This document shows positions 59,059 to 64,000 of a DNA stretch of 64,000 nt, piece by piece; the stretch's first letter is position 1; every line of letters begins with the position of its first letter. Origin of the DNA: an uncultured Ardenticatenia bacterium (GTDB lineage Bacteria; Chloroflexota; Anaerolineae; 4572-78; NAK82); contig CAKZLO010000014.1 in NCBI GenBank assembly GCA_937127125.1, positions 36,255 to 100,254 of the forward strand, in the 5' to 3' direction. The notes under the pieces are model-generated. The model made no database searches. It saw only the letters and a program-made list of their open reading frames with translations, and was not told the origin of the DNA. The translations under genes were made by a program, and so were the position numbers.

Positions 59059-61635
59059 ATGACGGATGAGGAATATGTAGCGGATCGTCCGTCAGGCAAA
59101 GGTTGGGGCCTGATACTAGTGGTCATGGCAGTGTGGACAGGCGCGCTAATGCGCCTTATGCTGCTCGATCAAATTCCCCCTGGGCTTTCACACGATGAAG
59201 CCTACAATGGTGTCACCGCGATTGACGTGTTGTTCTCAGGCCGACGTGAGATTTTTTTCGATATATATAATGGCATTGAACCCCTGATCATTTATTGGGA
59301 AGCGCTGTATTTCTATCTGTTTGGGATTGCCCCTTACGTAATGCGATTGGTCAACGTGACCGCCGGTCTGTTGACTGTTGCTTTGACCTACACGTTGACA
59401 CGCCATATTTTTGCCCGGCGAAGATCTCAGATGGGCACAATGATAGCCCTGTTGGCAGCTTGGGGGGTTGGCAGCTCCTTTTGGGCCATATTTATCAGCC
59501 GCCTCACGCTGCGTGCCGTTACATTGCCACTTATGGAGCTGCTGGCATTCTATTTCTTATGGCGGGGGCTTACAGCTTCTCCCGTAAACAAGTTTCATCG
59601 CTCAATGATATTCTTCGCACTGGGCGGTTTCTGGCTGGGAATCGGTATGTATACATATCTCTCCAGCCGATTTCTCCCCTTTGTTCCCTTGATATTCTTA
59701 CTATATTGGATCATACGGATGCGGACAACGCAGCCTCAGTGGCGAGGTGTAGGGTTGTTCTGGCTGGTGTGGTGCCTAGTTTTTGCTCCGCTGGCTTACT
59801 TTTACATCAATCACCCTGACATATTTTTCCGGCGCGCCGACCAAGTTTTCAATATCCCCGCAGCGTTAGCTGGAGACTTGCAGCCTCTACTGACTTCTGT
59901 GTTGCGCACCCTAGGTATGTTTGGGCTAATCGGCCCCGATTCGAGCCGTTACGGTTTGGCCGGACGACCTGTCTTTGAGCCACTGGGAGCTATTTGGTTC
60001 ACCATAGGACTTGTCATAGCGGTTACGCGATTGCGTCATCGGGGTCCAGAGGCGGCACCATACGCGTTTCTTCTCGCGTGGTGGCTGGTCATGTTGGTGC
60101 CTGATTTCATCACCAGTGAGAGTCCTCATTACCTGCGCACTGTAGGTGCTTTACCCCCCACATATATATTATGGGCTTTGGGCTTGGTGACTTCGAGCGA
60201 ATGGTTGCTGAGCAAGGCGAAAGCGTGGGCAAAGTGCCAACACGCCAGCCTTGGTTCCACCAGGCAAAGGAACCCAAGCCGATTATCTCACATCCTCGCA
60301 ATAGGCGTGACCTTGTACATATTTTTCCACACCGGACTGACTGGCTACGACTACTTTGTACGCTGGGCTTCCGATGCAGAAGCACGTGCCATCTACGGCG
60401 CCGAATTCAGTGAGGTGGCGCACTATTTGCGTACGGCGGAGCTGTCCGGCCCAGTAGCTCTGTCTGCTGCTCACTTTCGTGATTGGGATCGTTTCCGTCT
60501 TGATGTGCTTATGCGACACCGTCCCCCGTTTGTGGTGTGGTTTCACGGCCCACAAACGATGTTGTTTCCCCCACCTGGGGTGAACGGCACATACATATTC
60601 ACACGTGGTGCCCCGCCGCACCCGCGCTGGCTGGAGTACTTGCAGGTCGAGATGCGTGGTGTGGATATAGAGGTGTATCATCTCCGACCAAACGCTTCTT
60701 GGGGTTTGGCGAGGCCACTGGACGCCACCTTTGTCGAAGATCTGCTAGGAAGCACTACTACCATTTCTGCCCAACCCATTGCACATGTGTGGGGTTATGA
60801 GCTTTCCGGCGAGCCGCGTGCAGGACAAACGCTTTATGTCTTGCTGGGCTGGGAGGCATTAGTGGACGTACCGGGCAATCCTGACTATGCATTCTATGCC
60901 CACTTGGTGGACAGGCGCGGATACGTCTGGGCACAGGTGGATACCATTGGGTACGACGCAGTGGACTGGCAGCCCGGAGTGCGCGCACTGCAATGGCTAA
61001 ATCTCTCACTGCCACCGGACCTCCCACCCCTAGAGTACACTCTCCGTATCGGGTTGCAAGAGCGCTCCACAAGTCGTGTCTTGCCCTTAGAGGGACAAAC
61101 AAGAACGAACGCGCTCGACTTGCAAACCGTGCATACTGAGGTAGCACTATCTCCACCGGATCCAAGCGAATTTCGCCTTCCTAATCCATGCCAGATCGCT
61201 GCTGGTGGCGCCTTCACGCTGCGTGGCTATTCTGTTTCGAAGCGCATCCTCCACGCGGGAGAAGTAACTCACATTTCCCTGTTTTGGGAAGTATCTGGTG
61301 CCCCTGCCGCACGTTATCGGCTTGGGTTGTGGCTCATCGGGGAGAACGGAGCACCTGTCATGCTAGCGGATCGTGAGCCGTTAGAGGGTGATTACCCAAC
61401 TGATCTGTGGCGGGCGGGACAGTGGGTACGAGATCGATTCGATCTCACCTTGCCGGCCAGCTTGTCTCCCGGCCAGTACACTCTCTTTGCTGGCTGGCAT
61501 GATGCATCTGGCAAGTGGTTGCTGGATGACTTGTCAGCTGGGCTCAACCTGGGGCATGTTCTACTACTTGCGCCTAGAACTGCTGAACATGTAGATGATA
61601 ATCTCATACAAAAGGGGGCGAACCCCAGCCAATGA
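59059..61635 (+). CDS. GT-C fold glycosyltransferase (family 39/ArnT-PMT-like) with C-terminal extracellular beta-sandwich domains
   Basis: PPGLSHDEAYNG motif, many TM helices and two C-terminal 'L.W...W..G....L.LP..L.P..Y.L..G' modules. Confidence 0.85.
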   Translation: MTDEEYVADRPSGKGWGLILVVMAVWTGALMRLMLLDQIPPGLSHDEAYNGVTAIDVLFSGRREIFFDIYNGIEPLIIYWEALYFYLFGIAPYVMRLVNVTAGLLTVALTYTLTRHIFARRRSQMGTMIALLAAWGVGSSFWAIFISRLTLRAVTLPLMELLAFYFLWRGLTASPVNKFHRSMIFFALGGFWLGIGMYTYLSSRFLPFVPLIFLLYWIIRMRTTQPQWRGVGLFWLVWCLVFAPLAYFYINHPDIFFRRADQVFNIPAALAGDLQPLLTSVLRTLGMFGLIGPDSSRYGLAGRPVFEPLGAIWFTIGLVIAVTRLRHRGPEAAPYAFLLAWWLVMLVPDFITSESPHYLRTVGALPPTYILWALGLVTSSEWLLSKAKAWAKCQHASLGSTRQRNPSRLSHILAIGVTLYIFFHTGLTGYDYFVRWASDAEARAIYGAEFSEVAHYLRTAELSGPVALSAAHFRDWDRFRLDVLMRHRPPFVVWFHGPQTMLFPPPGVNGTYIFTRGAPPHPRWLEYLQVEMRGVDIEVYHLRPNASWGLARPLDATFVEDLLGSTTTISAQPIAHVWGYELSGEPRAGQTLYVLLGWEALVDVPGNPDYAFYAHLVDRRGYVWAQVDTIGYDAVDWQPGVRALQWLNLSLPPDLPPLEYTLRIGLQERSTSRVLPLEGQTRTNALDLQTVHTEVALSPPDPSEFRLPNPCQIAAGGAFTLRGYSVSKRILHAGEVTHISLFWEVSGAPAARYRLGLWLIGENGAPVMLADREPLEGDYPTDLWRAGQWVRDRFDLTLPASLSPGQYTLFAGWHDASGKWLLDDLSAGLNLGHVLLLAPRTAEHVDDNLIQKGANPSQ

Positions 61636-61699
61636 AAACTGATCTATAATGTTTGGCCTATAATAATGCAATTTTGAGAACTCGGAAGGGAGCACCATC

Positions 61700-62281
61700 G
61701 TGGACAAACGGCAAAAAGCTTGGGAGTTGATGTGTAAATACACCCATAACGTAAACTTGCGTCGCCATATGCTGGCAGTAGAAGCAGCTATGCGCGCGTA
61801 TGCGCGACGCTTCGGTGCGGACGAGACATTGTGGGGTATCGTGGGTCTGCTCCATGATTTTGACTACGAACAATACCCCAACGTCGCAGTGGGCGGACAT
61901 CCGAATGCTGGTGCATCGGTATTGCGAGCCCGAGGATACGATGAGACTGTTGTCCGTGCCATACTATCCCATGCGACCGAAGTCACCGGAGTACATCGGG
62001 AGAGTTTGATGGAACACACCCTGTACGCAGTGGACGAGCTGACCGGCTTGATCACTGCAGTGGCTCTGGTGCGTCCTTCTAAGGACATTCGCGACGTCAC
62101 GTTTAAGTCCGTCAAGAACAAGTGGAAGGATCGTGCATTTGCTGCCGGCGTGAACCGCGCCGAGATCGAAACAGGCGCAGCAGCAATCGGCATGGACCTG
62201 TGGGAGCATGTGGATGTGGTGCTACGCGCAATGCAGGAGATCGCTGCTGAGCTGGGACTGGATGGCACTGGAACGGATTAA
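61700..62281 (+). CDS. HDIG/HD-domain metal-dependent phosphohydrolase
   Basis: Motifs RRHMLAVE, GLLHDFDYE, AILSH and AVDELTG. Confidence 0.9.
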   Translation: MDKRQKAWELMCKYTHNVNLRRHMLAVEAAMRAYARRFGADETLWGIVGLLHDFDYEQYPNVAVGGHPNAGASVLRARGYDETVVRAILSHATEVTGVHRESLMEHTLYAVDELTGLITAVALVRPSKDIRDVTFKSVKNKWKDRAFAAGVNRAEIETGAAAIGMDLWEHVDVVLRAMQEIAAELGLDGTGTD

Positions 62282-62343
62282 GGAGTTCTCTCTCCTCGCA
62301 CCTCTGCCTTGTGATCATCTTCGTGCCCTCACTGAATTGACCC

Positions 62344-64000
62344 TCAAGGAAGAGTAAGGGGAGACAATGTCAAGCGTGCCACTTCAGCAGCATTCTCTGC
62401 CGGGTCATATAGAATCAGCAAGGGGGTATATGTGTCAGTGGACAAACCCTCAGGCAACTTTAGGTCATATACATCTGGGATGTACTCGCCGCTGCGCCAG
62501 GCAGTCGTGGGATACGCAAAGTGTACCGGCGCTGCATCGGTCTGGGCTACAAGGCGCCCGTCCGATGTCAGCAGACGTGCAGAGATTTTCAGGTCACGGG
62601 TAGGACGCCCTAACACGTGCCAGATCAGAGTAAGCCGCACCGGAGGCGGAGCAGTGTGAGCGAACGGACGCGTGACCTCGTAGCCCCATAATGCGATCTC
62701 TGGGATAAGCAGGGTATCCACTCTTTGGGCCGTCGCAGGTGCATTGTATTCGGGTCGCGCACGGACATGGATCAGTGGTCCGAGCGCGTGCAACGACCAG
62801 CGCTCGGGTGCTCCCGCCAGCGGACGGGTGAGGTAAACCGCAACATTCTCTCCTATTAGATCATCCACAACCGCAAGGCGCCTAGTTGGCTCGTCCACCG
62901 CCATGGTGCGCACGTCTTCTCGCAATTTGTGTACCGTTTGGAAGTAGCGCACTAGAGTTATTTCCCCCTGAATGCCCACGATCGTGGCACCTGGCTCCAA
63001 CGGCTGGTTCAAAATGTCCAACCCATAGTCGTGATAGGTCCAGTCTTGAGAGCGATTCCTCTCCGGGAAGTTCTGGTGAAGCAGCAACCCACTCTGAACC
63101 GCTAGTGTTACCGAGACAAGTCCACCAATCACATAGCGAGCCACAGGATATGCCCTGAGCGGCCACTTGGCGAACGCATGCGATTGCAAAAGAACAAACA
63201 AGCGAGTAATCCCATTACCCAGCCAGAGCGTCCAGACCACGAAGCTGGGGATGAAGAAAACCTCGATGTCAGCTACACGGTAGAACAAATTGAAACCACT
63301 AAAGCAGACAAAAGCTATCTCGGTAATACCTCCTGCGTTCCCCCGACGCTTCATAGTAAAAAGTCCAATTAGAGCGAAGAATATGCCTACCCAGCCAAAC
63401 TGCTGTACAAACAGGTTTAGGTAGAAGCTGGGGTCGCGCTCGACGGAAAAGGGGTTCTGGAGGATAAAGCTCCCATATCCCCATGCCATAATGTATTTCA
63501 GGAAACCCTCTGGCGTATTCGTGTAACTGCCGTCCAAGGAACCAACATGAGCTCGAAGTGGGAGGTACAAGTATGATAGCAAGGGCACAAAGAACCATAT
63601 CATTTGCCTTGGTCTTAACGGGGCCAAATGGCGAATACGCCACAACACTAGCAGGATAGCTGGCAGAAGCAGCACAATGGTGCGATGGTGAGCCAGTCCG
63701 AATCCGAATACACACAAAAGCGCCGAAGTGTAGCGAGCAAGTGTCGCATAGGAATGGTCGGGATGCTTGTCGACGAGGTAAGCAATGTTGCTCATCCGCA
63801 GCAGAATCCACAGAAGAGCAGCGACTAGGCATGCATGGAGTGTGTAGACTTCTGCTACGGTTGCCTGTGACCAAAAGACGGGCGACACAGTCAGCGCGAT
63901 GGCTCCTAGGGCTGCTCCTATGTCTGCGGCCCAGGTTTTCTGCTGTGTGTTCAGCTCCAGGCCAGCCATGTACACCAACACCACTGTAATGGCACCGAAG
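62344..64000 (-). CDS. DUF2723 (TMEM260-like) membrane glycosyltransferase; 5' end lies outside the window
   Basis: Motifs FWSQATVAEVYTLH, GLAHH, YLYLPLR and DIEVFFIP, plus a C-terminal beta-sandwich module. Confidence 0.85.
   Translation of the reverse strand, partial: FGAITVVLVYMAGLELNTQQKTWAADIGAALGAIALTVSPVFWSQATVAEVYTLHACLVAALLWILLRMSNIAYLVDKHPDHSYATLARYTSALLCVFGFGLAHHRTIVLLLPAILLVLWRIRHLAPLRPRQMIWFFVPLLSYLYLPLRAHVGSLDGSYTNTPEGFLKYIMAWGYGSFILQNPFSVERDPSFYLNLFVQQFGWVGIFFALIGLFTMKRRGNAGGITEIAFVCFSGFNLFYRVADIEVFFIPSFVVWTLWLGNGITRLFVLLQSHAFAKWPLRAYPVARYVIGGLVSVTLAVQSGLLLHQNFPERNRSQDWTYHDYGLDILNQPLEPGATIVGIQGEITLVRYFQTVHKLREDVRTMAVDEPTRRLAVVDDLIGENVAVYLTRPLAGAPERWSLHALGPLIHVRARPEYNAPATAQRVDTLLIPEIALWGYEVTRPFAHTAPPPVRLTLIWHVLGRPTRDLKISARLLTSDGRLVAQTDAAPVHFAYPTTAWRSGEYIPDVYDLKLPEGLSTDTYTPLLILYDPAENAAEVARLTLSPLTLP

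Overview
Gene-dense bacterial chromosomal window. Gene content suggests an anaerobic Chloroflexota (Anaerolineae-like) organism; this is inference only. I saw no rRNA, tRNA, CRISPR array or mobile element. From left to right: (1) a minus-strand SIMPL - PBP1C - alpha-2-macroglobulin operon, where the A2M gene (CTEQ thioester motif) runs off the left edge and is missing from the ORF track; (2) pdp and an Ig-repeat membrane protein; (3) a long structured leader followed by a LIV-type ABC importer, two tandem non-pyrrolysine MttB-superfamily methyltransferases and an RpiB/DerI-like isomerase; (4) YabN/MazG, a lipoprotein and a flavin reductase/SDR/ABC operon; (5) a MacAB-like exporter with a PD40 protein; (6) two tandem glutamate dehydrogenase genes, the first lacking the catalytic Lys; (7) DUF3048, upp, an aldo/keto reductase and apgM; (8) an 11.5-kb DeoR-linked sugar catabolic cluster (aldolase, FGGY kinase, amidohydrolase, ABC importer, AraA-like isomerase, two URO-D/methyltransferase-fold proteins) whose binding-protein gene has one in-frame TAG; (9) cobU-cobS, DUF1015, uvrB, acpP, mobA and two GT-C glycosyltransferases. 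The best candidates for undescribed biology are a possible corrinoid-dependent methyl-sugar demethylation pathway, the LIV-MttB-MttB-RpiB operon with its riboswitch-like leader, and a probable pseudoenzyme GDH subunit.
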